From Minisyncoccota bacterium (GTDB taxonomy: Bacteria; Patescibacteriota; Minisyncoccia; Phycocordibacterales; UBA6065), in assembly GCA_035545915.1 (NCBI GenBank), contig DASZXL010000022.1, positions 1-48,831 on the forward strand: a DNA stretch of 48,831 bases, in the 5' to 3' direction. Under the pieces are notes generated by a model, which was given only the letters and a program-made list of their open reading frames with translations, ran no database searches and was not told where the DNA came from. Position numbers and translations under genes: made by a program. The stretch's first letter is position 1. The number at the start of each line of letters is the position of its first letter. Shown piece by piece: positions 26,913-36,969 of the stretch.

Positions 26913-28442
26913 CTACGCCGCGAGATTCTTTCCCGTCATGCCGGCGGGCTTTTTTATACCGAGGAGAGCGAGTATCGTCGGCGCGATGTCGGCGAGGCCG
27001 CCCGATATCCTATTTTTCGAGGCAAACGATATCTCCGCGCTCGTCAGGATAGCGGGCACGGGATTGATGGTGTGAGCGGTATGCTTCTCGCCGGTCTCTG
27101 GATCGATATTCACTTCGGCATTGCCGTGATCGGCGGTGACGAAGGCGATGCCTCCGCGTTTCACTAGGGCTTCCACGACGCGTTTCAGCTGCGTATCGAC
27201 GGTTTCCACGGCTTTCACGATGGCGGACACGTTCGCAGTGTGGCCCACCATGTCCGGATTGGCGAAATTGATGAAGATAAAGTTCGTGCCGGCCTCTATC
27301 TGCTCGATGGCCTTGCCAGCGATCGCTTCTGCTCGCATCTCGGGTGCCTCGTCGTGCGTCTTCACGTCCTTTCGGCTATCGAGCATGATGTGCTTCTCGC
27401 CCGGGTATGGCGATTCTACGCCACCATTCAAAAAATAGGTAGCGTGAGGGAATTTCTCCGTCTCTGCTATATGAGCCTGAATCATGCCCGCCGACGACAC
27501 CTCTTTTGCGATGGTCGTCTCGATGGAGCGCGGCGGGAAGGCGACTTCGCAATCGAACGTCTTGTCATATTCGGTGAGAGTAGCAAAGGCGAGGTTCATA
27601 TCGGCCGCTCGTTCCAGGAATTTCTTGGATATCATGCGGGCACGATCCGAGCGGAAGTTCGTGAACAATACGGCGTCGTTCGCCTTGATCTGATAGCTCT
27701 TGCCCTCCTTATCGAGGAAGATCACTGGTTTGAGGTGCTCGTCGAGGACGCCTGCGGCGTGAAGCGAAGCTACGACTTCGGAAGGGGAATAGCCCGCTTC
27801 GCTCTGCATACCCTTGCCCTCGAACAATGCATCTTCGGCCTTTTTGACTCGATCCCAGTTATTGTCTCGGTCCATAGCGTAAAAACGGCCGGTAGCGGTA
27901 GCGATAAATCCGACGCCGATTTTTTCCAAATCGGATTCAAGTTCGCGCAGGAATTGGGCCGAGCTCTGCGGCGCCGTGTCGCGGCCGTCGGTGTATGCAT
28001 GAATGGCAACTTTGCGGATACCGGCCTCCTTGGCCGCCTTTACGAAGGCGACGAGATGGTCCTGGTGCGCATGCACGCCGCCGTTTCCGAGGAGACCTTT
28101 GACATGAAGCGTCGAATCATTCTTTTTCACATGGTCAAAAAGCTTTACGAATGCGGGAATATGATCAAACTCCCCGGTCTCGATAGATTTCGCTATGCGT
28201 ACGAGGTCGGTGTCGACGATCGCGCCCGCGCCGATCGTCGTGTGGCCGATCTCGCTATTTCCCATCTGGCCGTGGGGCAATCCGACATGAAGCCCCGATG
28301 CCTCGAGGAGGGTATGCGGATATTCGCGCCACATCTTGTCGAAGAAAGGCTTTTTGGCGGCGGCTACGGCATTGTCTTTCGCGTCTTCGCGATAGCCCCA
28401 GCCGTCGAGGATTATGAGAGCGGTCTGCGTGTAGGTTTTCAT
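26913..28442 (-). CDS. gpmI: 2,3-bisphosphoglycerate-independent phosphoglycerate mutase
   Basis: 509 aa. Motifs: ALIILDGWGYRE, GNSEIGHTTIGAG, TADHGNAE. Confidence 0.92.
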   Translation of the reverse strand: MKTYTQTALIILDGWGYREDAKDNAVAAAKKPFFDKMWREYPHTLLEASGLHVGLPHGQMGNSEIGHTTIGAGAIVDTDLVRIAKSIETGEFDHIPAFVKLFDHVKKNDSTLHVKGLLGNGGVHAHQDHLVAFVKAAKEAGIRKVAIHAYTDGRDTAPQSSAQFLRELESDLEKIGVGFIATATGRFYAMDRDNNWDRVKKAEDALFEGKGMQSEAGYSPSEVVASLHAAGVLDEHLKPVIFLDKEGKSYQIKANDAVLFTNFRSDRARMISKKFLERAADMNLAFATLTEYDKTFDCEVAFPPRSIETTIAKEVSSAGMIQAHIAETEKFPHATYFLNGGVESPYPGEKHIMLDSRKDVKTHDEAPEMRAEAIAGKAIEQIEAGTNFIFINFANPDMVGHTANVSAIVKAVETVDTQLKRVVEALVKRGGIAFVTADHGNAEVNIDPETGEKHTAHTINPVPAILTSAEISFASKNRISGGLADIAPTILALLGIKKPAGMTGKNLAA

Positions 28443-28468
28443 ATTCTGGCGCGATTTCGTGAGGCTTC

Positions 28469-28474
28469 ATTGTA
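28469..28474 (-). promoter_or_regulatory. -10-like box TACAAT upstream of gpmI
   Basis: The minus strand reads ttttgTACAATgaagcc..., 26 nt from the ATG at 28442. Confidence 0.3.
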
Positions 28475-28498
28475 CAAAAGTTATGCACCGGAGCTGCC

Positions 28499-28527
28499 TT
28501 GACGGGTGCTCGGGCGAGTTGTAGGGT
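28499..28527 (+). promoter_or_regulatory. Candidate sigma70-type promoter TTGACG-17-TAGGGT
   Basis: The -35 is TTGACG at 28499-28504 and the weak -10 is TAGGGT at 28522-27. It would give a ~55 nt leader with an SD for the 28587 ORF. Confidence 0.25.
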
Positions 28528-28586
28528 ATTTGAGGCTCTGTTCTCGTTACATTCAAATAAAAACTCAAAACAAAGGAGATTCGGTT

Positions 28587-29030
28587 ATGCCACGTATGTT
28601 TGATGAAAGAATGCTTGATTCCATCGAGCGCCGTTCCCGGGATAATGTCGGCCGCAGGCAGACAGCCCGCGTTTATATCGATCCGTACATCATGCGCCGG
28701 TTCATGAATCAGTCGGAGATCGAGGCGGAAGAAGCTCGGACGTTTAGCAGCCGGTTCAAGCGCGCCGACGACGTCTTGTCGGAGACGGGTCACGACTTCC
28801 GCGATGGGATCGATTCGTGCGACTGTGACTGCGCAGCCTCGGGCAAGATCTGCATCCGTTGTTGCACGAGTCGCGATCTCATCGGCGTCCCTCCGAACCT
28901 GTCGGAACACATCGAAGTCACGAATCGTCGGCCGAAGGCGGTCGGAGGCCGGATCCTTGATCAGGTTTTCGATCTCCTTATGCCCTATGAAGTCGCTTGT
29001 CTCCTCGGTTTCGCCCTTGCTGAGGAATAG
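28587..29030 (+). CDS. Hypothetical Cys-cluster protein (147 aa), orphan
   Basis: The ATG at 28587 is preceded by AAAGGAG with an 8-nt spacer; the track start at 28506 is rejected. It contains DSCDCDCAASGKICIRCC (6 Cys within 16 residues) and has its own terminator. No family recognised. Confidence 0.55.
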   Translation: MPRMFDERMLDSIERRSRDNVGRRQTARVYIDPYIMRRFMNQSEIEAEEARTFSSRFKRADDVLSETGHDFRDGIDSCDCDCAASGKICIRCCTSRDLIGVPPNLSEHIEVTNRRPKAVGGRILDQVFDLLMPYEVACLLGFALAEE

Positions 29031-29043
29031 CTACCCCTAAACA

Positions 29044-29078
29044 AAGCCGCCCCCTGGATTCCATGGGCGGCTTTTTTT
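29044..29078. terminator. Rho-independent terminator (T-run on the plus strand; may also serve convergent eno)
   Basis: The stem gccgccc/gggcggc has an inner tgg/cca stem and is followed by ttttttt. Confidence 0.65.
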
Positions 29079-29095
29079 CTGGAAACGTCCGCGAC

Positions 29096-30409
<1,314 letters not shown>

Positions 30410-30427
30410 TTAATCGGATAGGTGAAT

Positions 30428-30444
30428 AGTATACATGGTATACT
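30428..30444. promoter_or_regulatory. Inverted repeat AGTATAC-ATG-GTATACT supplying a TATACT -10 box on each strand
   Basis: On the plus strand, TATACT at 30439-30444 lies 6 nt upstream of the ATG at 30451. On the minus strand, TATACT (plus 30428-30433) lies 33 nt upstream of the eno ATG at 30394. Confidence 0.45.
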
Positions 30445-30450
30445 TTTTTC

Positions 30451-30780
30451 ATGAAGACTATCCTTCGCGTCATAATCGTGGCCTTGGCTATCATGGCCTT
30501 GCCTCACTTCGTGGCAGGCATATCGGTCGACGGCATATATCCGGCCCTTATCGCGGCGGTCATATTCGGCCTCTTGAATCTCGTCGTCAAGCCGATAATA
30601 AATATCGTCACTCTGCCGATCAATGTCATTACGCTCGGCCTCTTCGGACTCATCGTGAACGGCCTCCTGTTCTGGTTCGTCGGGTCATTCGTGGCAGGAT
30701 TCGGCATCGCGACGTTCACGGCGGCCCTCGTCGGCTCGCTCATCCTCGCCGCAGTGAACTGGATTGCGCACCTCTTTTAG
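30451..30780 (+). CDS. Small 4-TM membrane protein, DUF360 / phage_holin_4_2-like
   Basis: 109 aa. Motifs: GLLNLVVKPIINIVTLPINVITLGLFGLIVNGLLFW. Confidence 0.65.
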   Translation: MKTILRVIIVALAIMALPHFVAGISVDGIYPALIAAVIFGLLNLVVKPIINIVTLPINVITLGLFGLIVNGLLFWFVGSFVAGFGIATFTAALVGSLILAAVNWIAHLF

Positions 30781-30796
30781 GGTAAGGTAAGGGCCT

Positions 30797-31768
30797 ATGG
30801 CATTCGTAGACGAAGCGGAATTTCACGTAAAGGCGGGTAAGGGCGGCGACGGCGTCGAGCGCTGGCTCCATGAGAAGGGCAAGGAATTCATGGGTCCCGC
30901 CGGCGGAAACGGCGGCAAGGGCGGCGACGTATACGTCGAAGGCGTCCGCGATATCGGCATCCTGAACTCGTATAGGAACGTCAAGCTCTTCGAAGCCGAG
31001 GACGGTAAGAACGGCGACAAGAAGGGTATGGAGGGTCGGGCAGGCGAGGATCTCATCCTCAAATTGCCGGTCGGCTCTGTCGTATATAACAAAGACACAG
31101 AGCAATCGCTCGAGCTTTTGCGCGAAGGAGAGCGCGTGCTCATTTTGAAAGGCGGTCGCTACGGCCTCGGCAACGAGCATTTCAAGGGTTCGACCAATCA
31201 GCGTCCGCTTCAGACGACCGACGGGCGCGTAGGCGAGGAGGCTGATTTCCATGTCGTCTTGAAGCTCATCGTCGACGCCGGCTTCGTCGGCTTCCCGAAT
31301 GCGGGCAAGTCGTCTCTTTTGAATGCGCTTACCAACGCGAAATCGAAGGTTGCGGCATATCAATTCACCACGCTCGAGCCGTCGCTCGGCGATATGTACG
31401 GATTCATCCTCGCCGACATTCCGGGCCTCATCGAAGGCGCGTCGGAAGGCAAGGGCCTGGGCGATAAATTCCTCCGCCACATATCCCGCACCAAAATGGT
31501 GCTCCACTGCATATCGCTCGAGAACGAAGACATCGTCACCGCATACAAGGCCATTCGCGCGGAGCTCGAAAACTATTCGGACGACCTCGCGGCAAAGAAA
31601 GAGATCATCATTTTGACAAAGACCGACCTCGTCGACGAAAAGACGCTCGCGAAAAAGGTGAAAGAGGCCCAGAAACTGAATCCGAACGTGCTCTACGTAT
31701 CGGTCATAGACGACGAGCAGGTGAAGGCGCTGAACGATGCCCTTGTGAAGATCCTCCGCGGGATGTAA
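30797..31768 (+). CDS. obg: GTPase Obg/CgtA (no long C-terminal domain)
   Basis: 323 aa. The Gly-rich Obg fold reads FVDEAEFHVKAGKGGDGV...GGNGGKGGDVYV. G1 is GFPNAGKSSLLNAL, G3 is DIPGLIEGA and G4 is TKTD. Confidence 0.9.
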   Translation: MAFVDEAEFHVKAGKGGDGVERWLHEKGKEFMGPAGGNGGKGGDVYVEGVRDIGILNSYRNVKLFEAEDGKNGDKKGMEGRAGEDLILKLPVGSVVYNKDTEQSLELLREGERVLILKGGRYGLGNEHFKGSTNQRPLQTTDGRVGEEADFHVVLKLIVDAGFVGFPNAGKSSLLNALTNAKSKVAAYQFTTLEPSLGDMYGFILADIPGLIEGASEGKGLGDKFLRHISRTKMVLHCISLENEDIVTAYKAIRAELENYSDDLAAKKEIIILTKTDLVDEKTLAKKVKEAQKLNPNVLYVSVIDDEQVKALNDALVKILRGM

Positions 31769-31776
31769 GGCTGGGA

Positions 31777-31782
31777 TATACT
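31777..31782 (+). promoter_or_regulatory. -10 box TATACT, 7 nt upstream of the gatB ATG (candidate leaderless)
   Basis: The sequence reads gggaTATACTtagaccaATG. Confidence 0.4.
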
Positions 31783-31789
31783 TAGACCA

Positions 31790-33235
31790 ATGAAGACCTA
31801 TATACCTACTATCGGCCTCGAGATCCACGCGGAATTGAAGACGGCGACGAAAATGTTCTGCGATTCGAAGAATGATCCGTTCAACAGCGCGCCGAATACG
31901 AATGTCTGCCCGATCTGCATGGGGCATCCCGGAACGCTTCCGGTCATAAACAAAAAGGCCGTCGAGAGCGTCCTTCGCGTCGGCGTCGCTTTGGGCGCAG
32001 AGCTCGCCGATTTCACCGAATTCGACCGCAAGAACTATTTCTATCCCGACATACCGAAGGGATATCAGCTATCGCAGTATAAATATCCGCTCGTAAAAGG
32101 CGGCAAGCTCGGTCCTGTAGAGATCACGCGCGTGCATCTGGAGGAAGACACCGCATCGTCGGGCCATGACGAGGGCGACTATTCATTGGTCGATTTCAAC
32201 CGCGCCGGCGTTCCACTCATGGAGCTCGTCACGGAGCCCGTCATCCATTCTCCTGAGGAAGCGGGAAATTTCGGCCGCGAGCTTCAGCTCCTCCTCCGCA
32301 CGCTCGGCGTTTCGGAAGCCAATATGGAAAAAGGCGAGATGCGCGTCGAAGCGAACATTTCTATCGCGACGCCGGAAGACACTGCGGCCCGAAAATTCGG
32401 CACCAAGGTCGAGGTGAAGAACCTGAACTCATTCAAGGCGGCTGAGAAGGCGATCGCATACGAAGTGGCGCGCCATGCCGAGGTCCTCGAAGCAGGAGGG
32501 AAGATCGAACAGGAGACCCGCGGCTGGGACGACAACAAAGGTAAGACCTTCAGTCAGCGCAAAAAGGAAGACTCGCACGATTATCGATATTTCCCTGATC
32601 CGGACCTGCCGAAGCTCAAGATATCAGAGATACCTGAATTTTCGCTGAAGAATTTGAAGGATACGATGCCTGAATTGCCGTGGGAGATGCGCGAGCGATA
32701 CGTCGCCTTGGGACTCAAGCCTACGGATATACATATATATGTATCGTCGCCCCTCGTCGGTTCGTTCTTCGAGGCTTCGACCGTCGATTTTGGCAAGAAA
32801 GAGGCCATTTTGACGGCGTCTAACTATATTTGCACGGACATCCTCGGTCTCATAAAGAAGAAGTTCGGCGAAGGACAGGAAAGCCGCATATCGACCTTGC
32901 CGTTCGGTCCGAAAGAATTCGGAAAGCTCGTCGGAATGATCGATTCGAAGGCGGTTTCCTCGCGCGGAGCGAAGGATATCCTCGCCGTCATGTTCGAGAA
33001 GGGCGGGGACCCTGAGACGATCGCGTCCGTGGGAGGCTTGGCCCAGAAATCCGATGAGGGCGCGGTGAAAAAGATCGCTGAAGAAGTCATCGCAGAAAAT
33101 CCGACCGTTGCCGAGGAATTCAGAAAGGGAAAGCAGGCGTCTCTCCAGTTCCTCATCGGTCAGGGCATGAAGAAGTCGAAGGGCTCCGCGAATCCGGAGG
33201 TTTTGAAGAGCGCGCTTCTCTCGCTCCTCTCGTAA
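31790..33235 (+). CDS. gatB: Asp-tRNA(Asn)/Glu-tRNA(Gln) amidotransferase subunit B
   Basis: 481 aa. Motifs: PTIGLEIHAELKTATKMFC, VCPICMGHPGTLP, EANISI, DYRYFPDPDLP. Confidence 0.92.
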   Translation: MKTYIPTIGLEIHAELKTATKMFCDSKNDPFNSAPNTNVCPICMGHPGTLPVINKKAVESVLRVGVALGAELADFTEFDRKNYFYPDIPKGYQLSQYKYPLVKGGKLGPVEITRVHLEEDTASSGHDEGDYSLVDFNRAGVPLMELVTEPVIHSPEEAGNFGRELQLLLRTLGVSEANMEKGEMRVEANISIATPEDTAARKFGTKVEVKNLNSFKAAEKAIAYEVARHAEVLEAGGKIEQETRGWDDNKGKTFSQRKKEDSHDYRYFPDPDLPKLKISEIPEFSLKNLKDTMPELPWEMRERYVALGLKPTDIHIYVSSPLVGSFFEASTVDFGKKEAILTASNYICTDILGLIKKKFGEGQESRISTLPFGPKEFGKLVGMIDSKAVSSRGAKDILAVMFEKGGDPETIASVGGLAQKSDEGAVKKIAEEVIAENPTVAEEFRKGKQASLQFLIGQGMKKSKGSANPEVLKSALLSLLS

Positions 33236-33254
33236 GCGAACGTATCCGATACAC

Positions 33255-33764
33255 ATGACCAATCTTCTTATCACCATCGCTGTCGCGTTCGCGGCGATCG
33301 TCGGAGGCGTCGCTCTGCGTGAGCGGCCCGTCGACCGGCCGGCGAATAAAAATGCGACGTCGACCTCTGTCGCGGACGGGGCATATCGCCATGCGCAGGT
33401 CTCGATAGGAGGCGAAACGTTCGATGCGCTCGTCGCGGATACGGATGCGCTCCGCGATCTCGGTCTGGGAGGCAGGAAAGGGCTCGATCATGATAAAGCC
33501 ATGCTTTTTATATTCGATACGCCCGATTATCTCGGCTTTTGGATGAAAGATATGCTCTTCTCCATCGATATGCTGTGGCTCGATGCCGACATGCGCGTCG
33601 TTTCTCTTGAAGAGGACGTCTCTCCGAAGACGTATCCGAAGGCATTCTTCCCGGAGAAGCCGGCGCGGTACGTCGTCGAATTCTCCGCGGGGACTTTGGA
33701 TGCGCTTCACGTGAATGTGGGCGACAGGGCGTCCCTGCGGCTCGACGCCCTCGGTGGGAAATAA
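33255..33764 (+). CDS. DUF192 (COG1430) domain protein with an N-terminal TM/signal anchor
   Basis: 169 aa. Motifs: GLGGRKGLDHDKAMLFIFD, FWMKDMLFSIDMLWLD, ARYVVEFSAG. Confidence 0.7.
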   Translation: MTNLLITIAVAFAAIVGGVALRERPVDRPANKNATSTSVADGAYRHAQVSIGGETFDALVADTDALRDLGLGGRKGLDHDKAMLFIFDTPDYLGFWMKDMLFSIDMLWLDADMRVVSLEEDVSPKTYPKAFFPEKPARYVVEFSAGTLDALHVNVGDRASLRLDALGGK

Positions 33765-34006
33765 TCCTCTCTGGGATTTTTCGGTGGGAAACCGCTCGGA
33801 TTTCTTCGATTTTTCTTTATTTTTATTTTTTTCTTGTTCGGTCCCTCCCGATATTTTAAGGGCAGCTTAAGGACAATGCTTTAAAATCGCACCTATCTAA
33901 GCGCTCTTACAGGTGTCCTTTAATCGTTGCTTTGACATGCAGGATATTTGCTGTTCTTGGGCGCAGTCCACAGCTTGCAGGCGTTCTTTTCATCTATCCG
34001 CTCGTG

Positions 34007-34012
34007 TAAAAT
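34007..34012 (+). promoter_or_regulatory. -10-like box TAAAAT upstream of nrdA
   Basis: The sequence reads ctcgtgTAAAATaaatc, 55 nt upstream of the ATG at 34068. The -35 is poor. Confidence 0.25.
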
Positions 34013-34067
34013 AAATCAGCGCTAAATTTTTTATCAACCAATCCCTCGCATTCACCAGCCTTCCGTC

Positions 34068-36929
34068 ATGAATATCTTCATCACCAAGAGAGACGGCACG
34101 AAGCATCTCTTCAATGCCGACAAGATCAACCGATCGATCGAGCGCGCCGCTACCGGACTCGGCGATCCGATATCGATGGTGACTCAGATCGCGACCGACA
34201 CGCGCCTCACGATGTATGACGGCATGACGACCGAGGAATTGGACAAGGCCACCATCAACGCGGCCATCCAGAACATCCAGTACGACACCGATTTCGACAA
34301 AGTCGCGACGCGCCTCCTCCTCAAGACCGTATATAAGAAGGTCTTGGGCGACTATGATACCGAGAATCCGGCGGAATTGGCTGAAAAGCATCGGAAGGGC
34401 TTCGTAGATTACGTGAAAAGGGGCGTGGCGGAGAACAGGCTCCATCCCGACATGATCGCGAAATACGATCTCGAAAAGCTCGCCGCCGCTCTCGATATAT
34501 CCCGCGATGACCTCTTCCTCTATTCCGGTCTCGACGGTCTCGTGAATCGCTATTCGATCAAGGACCTCCGCCAGCAGACGACCGAGACTCCTCAGTATCT
34601 TTTTATGCGCGTTGCGATGGGACTCGCATACAATGAATCGAATCCGACCGAATGGGCGATCAAATTCTACGACAAGATGTCGCGCCATGAATTCATCGCC
34701 GGCGGATCGACGAACGTCGCCGCGGGAACGAATCGCCCCGCGCTCTCGAACTGCTTCCTTCTCGAGATGCATGACAACATGGAGCATATCGCCAAATCCG
34801 TCGCCGACGTCATGCTCCTCTCAAAAGCCGCAGGAGGAATCGGTTTGTCGGTCACCAAACTCCGTGCCGCCGGAGCGCCGCTCAAATCGAATTACGGCGG
34901 AACCTCGACGGGCCCGACGCCTTTCGCCAAGATCATCGATACCGCTATCCGCGCCATCCAGCGCGGCGGCAAGAAAAAGGGCGCCCTCTGCTTCTACATG
35001 GAGAACTGGCACCTCGATTTTCCCGATTTCATCGATTGGAAGCACAATGCCGGCGACGACTATCTCCGCATGAGGACTGCTAATACGGCGGCTTATTTGA
35101 GCGACGAATTCATGAAGCGCGTCATTTCCGGCCAGGATTGGTACATGTTCGACCCGGCTGAAACCGCCGATCTGAACGAACTCTACGGCGCCGCATTCTC
35201 CGCTAAATACAAAGAGTATTGCGCCAAGGCAGAAAGGGGAGAGCTCCGCCTGTTCAAAAAAGTCCCTGCGTCCGAGCAGTGGCGCCAGATCCTTACGTCG
35301 CTTCAGTCGACGTCCCACCCGTGGATCACGTGGAAGGACCCGATCAACCTCCGCGCTTTGAATAACAATACGGGTACGATCCACATGTCGAACCTCTGCA
35401 CGGAGATCTGCCTCCCTCAGGATAAAGATAACGTCGCCGTCTGTAACTTGATCTCGGTCAACCTCGCCGTTCACGTATCGAACAAGGAAGTGAACTGGTC
35501 CAAGCTCGAAGAGTCCGTTCGTCTCGCCGTCCGCCAGCTCGACAACCTCGTCGATATCAACAAGCTTCCGATCGCCGAAGCGATCAGGTCCGATAAAGAG
35601 AACCGCGCTATCGGCCTCGGCGTCATGGGCCTCGCCGACGTATTCGAGAAGCTCGGCCTCGCATACGATTCCGAACATGCATGGGATTTCTCCGATCGCA
35701 TCTTCGAATTCGTCTCGTATATGGCGATCGACGAATCGACGAACCTCGCCCAGACGCGCGGCGCATATCCGAACTTCCAGGGCTCGCGCTGGTCGCAGGG
35801 CATGGTTCCTGTCGACACCATTCGCGCCCTCGAAGAAGACCGCGGCCGCCCGGTCACCGTATCGAAAGAGTCTCGCCATAAGGGCCTCAACTGGAATCTC
35901 CTCCGAGAGAAGGTGAAGAGGGGAATGCGAAATGCGACCCTCATGGCCGTCGCTCCGAATGCGAACATCGGTCTCGTCGCCGGCACGACGCCGGGTATGG
36001 ACCCTCGCTTCGCTCAGGTATTCTCTCGAAATAAGATTTCGGGCAAATACATGGACATCAACCAAAACCTGGTCAAAGATCTCAAGAACATGGGCATCTG
36101 GGAGAAGGTTCGCGGCCAGATCATCGAAAGCCAGGGCGATATCGGCAACATCGATGGCATCCCTCAGCATATAAAGGATGTATATAAGACCTCGTTCACC
36201 ACGTCGCCTCATGCATTCATCGAAGTCGCCGCTCGCGCCCAGAAGTGGATCGACCAGGCTATATCGCGAAATATGTACCTCGAGACCCGCGATGTCGAGG
36301 AGACGATGAAGATCTACACCGCCGCATGGGAGAAGGGCGTGAAGACCACGTATTACCTCCACATGAAGCCGCGCCACACGGCAGAGCAGTCGACGACGCG
36401 CGTCAACAAGGCCGAAATCATGGGCAAGAAGGGATTTGCGGCTGTCGCATCGACGCTCTCTACTTCCGTCGCAGACAAAAAAGCTCCATTCGAGGCGCCT
36501 CTCCAGAAGTCCCTCGAGATCGTCGAGCCCGCGCCTCTGCGCGCCGCTGAGCCTGCCATTGTTATGGCTCCGCCTGCTCCGAAGGCCGCCGTCTCATGGA
36601 ATATGCCGAAGGCATCCGTGCCGACGCAGCCTGTCGTCGCCCCTGTATCATTCGCCGCTCCTAAACAGGTTTCGTTCGCCGCGGCCCCTGTCGCTCCAAA
36701 ACCCGTAGAGGCTGTGGCCGAGGTCGCCTCAGAGACGCCGGCATCCGCGCGCGACGCTCGCGGCGGTTATCAGTCGCTCTCCGATCTCGCGGGCGCCGTA
36801 GGGGGAGCCGCACCGGCCGACAAGGATTCCTCGGAAAAACCGGGAGCGTCTTTCAAAGTTATGAACGGCAGGAGGATCTTTGCTTCTTCCGACCCTTCGG
36901 AGGATAATATCTGCGACTCCTGCCAGTAG
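34068..36929 (+). CDS. nrdA: Class I ribonucleoside-diphosphate reductase alpha subunit with one N-terminal ATP-cone and a long low-complexity C-terminal tail
   Basis: 953 aa. The ATP-cone is MNIFITKRDGTKHLFNADKINRSIERA. The active site is SNLCTEICLP and the radical-transfer YY lies in KTTYYLH. A ~180 aa Ala/Pro/Val-rich tail follows and ends in DNICDSCQ. Confidence 0.92.
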   Translation: MNIFITKRDGTKHLFNADKINRSIERAATGLGDPISMVTQIATDTRLTMYDGMTTEELDKATINAAIQNIQYDTDFDKVATRLLLKTVYKKVLGDYDTENPAELAEKHRKGFVDYVKRGVAENRLHPDMIAKYDLEKLAAALDISRDDLFLYSGLDGLVNRYSIKDLRQQTTETPQYLFMRVAMGLAYNESNPTEWAIKFYDKMSRHEFIAGGSTNVAAGTNRPALSNCFLLEMHDNMEHIAKSVADVMLLSKAAGGIGLSVTKLRAAGAPLKSNYGGTSTGPTPFAKIIDTAIRAIQRGGKKKGALCFYMENWHLDFPDFIDWKHNAGDDYLRMRTANTAAYLSDEFMKRVISGQDWYMFDPAETADLNELYGAAFSAKYKEYCAKAERGELRLFKKVPASEQWRQILTSLQSTSHPWITWKDPINLRALNNNTGTIHMSNLCTEICLPQDKDNVAVCNLISVNLAVHVSNKEVNWSKLEESVRLAVRQLDNLVDINKLPIAEAIRSDKENRAIGLGVMGLADVFEKLGLAYDSEHAWDFSDRIFEFVSYMAIDESTNLAQTRGAYPNFQGSRWSQGMVPVDTIRALEEDRGRPVTVSKESRHKGLNWNLLREKVKRGMRNATLMAVAPNANIGLVAGTTPGMDPRFAQVFSRNKISGKYMDINQNLVKDLKNMGIWEKVRGQIIESQGDIGNIDGIPQHIKDVYKTSFTTSPHAFIEVAARAQKWIDQAISRNMYLETRDVEETMKIYTAAWEKGVKTTYYLHMKPRHTAEQSTTRVNKAEIMGKKGFAAVASTLSTSVADKKAPFEAPLQKSLEIVEPAPLRAAEPAIVMAPPAPKAAVSWNMPKASVPTQPVVAPVSFAAPKQVSFAAAPVAPKPVEAVAEVASETPASARDARGGYQSLSDLAGAVGGAAPADKDSSEKPGASFKVMNGRRIFASSDPSEDNICDSCQ

Positions 36930-36969
36930 TCGATACCGCTTAACAGGACAACTATTTTCAACAAACCGC

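Noticed and set aside
27240-28502. A 420-aa ORF antisense to gpmI.
   Set aside because: It is a shadow ORF opposite a confidently identified gpmI.
30740-31927. A 395-aa ORF antisense to obg and the start of gatB.
   Set aside because: It is a shadow ORF. The obg and gatB calls on the plus strand are unambiguous, and the antisense product has no motifs and an Arg/Glu/Leu-rich composition.
33932-33937. A consensus TTGACA as the -35 of an nrdA promoter.
   Set aside because: No acceptable -10 hexamer lies 16-18 nt downstream; the sequence there is tcttgg.
34821-36377. A 518-aa ORF antisense to nrdA, plus 33990..34787 (265 aa) on the same strand.
   Set aside because: Both lie entirely inside the well-supported nrdA coding region. 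They are shadow ORFs. The length is striking, but it is explained by the absence of codons whose reverse complement reads as a stop in the sense frame.
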